A DNA stretch of 64,000 bases, taken from Octopus sinensis. Its lineage: Eukaryota. A model generated the notes under the pieces. The model did not search any database. It had not been told where the DNA came from and saw only the letters and a list, made by a program, of their open reading frames with translations. Positions 63,672 to 64,000 of this stretch are shown piece after piece. The DNA lies in assembly GCF_006345805.1 (NCBI RefSeq), contig NC_043013.1, forward strand, positions 54,932,001 to 54,996,000, in the 5' to 3' direction. How positions within the stretch are numbered: position 1 is the stretch's first letter; every line of letters begins with the position of its first letter. Made by a program: the position numbers and the translations under genes.

Positions 63672-64000
63672 TACATAATTCCTCATCTCTTAAATATAGA
63701 ACAATTTCTTATATTGAATTAGTGTGATGTGAATAATATTCTGGAATTATTTGTACAGGCAGTGGTGGTGGGAGCCATATAAGATTTCTTCGTTAGAGTT
63801 TAAGAGCAATAAATTTTATCCTTCCACTGTACAGAAAATATTTTAGCAATTTTATAAAAACTGATTGCTAATAATAACTAATTATAAAAACATAATAGGA
63901 TTTCTTTTTTAATAGATTAAAATAGGAATCAAAAGGGATCGATAGGTAAAAAAGAAGGTTAAGAGCCACAGGTTTAGAAAAAGTTGATATAAGAAGTGAA

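Overview
AT-rich, microsatellite-dense eukaryotic DNA. The repeat families look like those of an Octopus (coleoid cephalopod) genome; this is inferred from recollection of the families, not from a database search. No protein-coding host gene can be supported: the ORF track is almost entirely microsatellite or repeat artefact, and only a few weak candidate exons are visible. The window reads as intronic or intergenic sequence filled with mobile elements. These include at least three tRNA-headed SINE families, 3' remnants of RTE, CR1/L2-like and R4/Dong-like (RLE) LINEs, a full-length fossil Tc1 transposon with TIRs and TA target sites, TTAA-flanked and mariner-type MITEs, and a Penelope-like element (PLE) remnant with a GIY-YIG domain. 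The most unusual signal is a set of hammerhead-ribozyme-like folds in several unrelated repeat families, mostly with palindromic (dimer-type) stem III. One is a single CpG-decay substitution from canonical (54286-54363). Another lies in the tails of a head-to-head palindromic tRNA-SINE (63209-63671). Also notable: variable hairpin arrays in the RTE 3' UTR, a PHD-like finger inside the RTE reverse transcriptase, and a LINE/SINE shared tail with a covarying stem-loop. SINE and LINE coordinates are approximate (about +/-10-20 bp).
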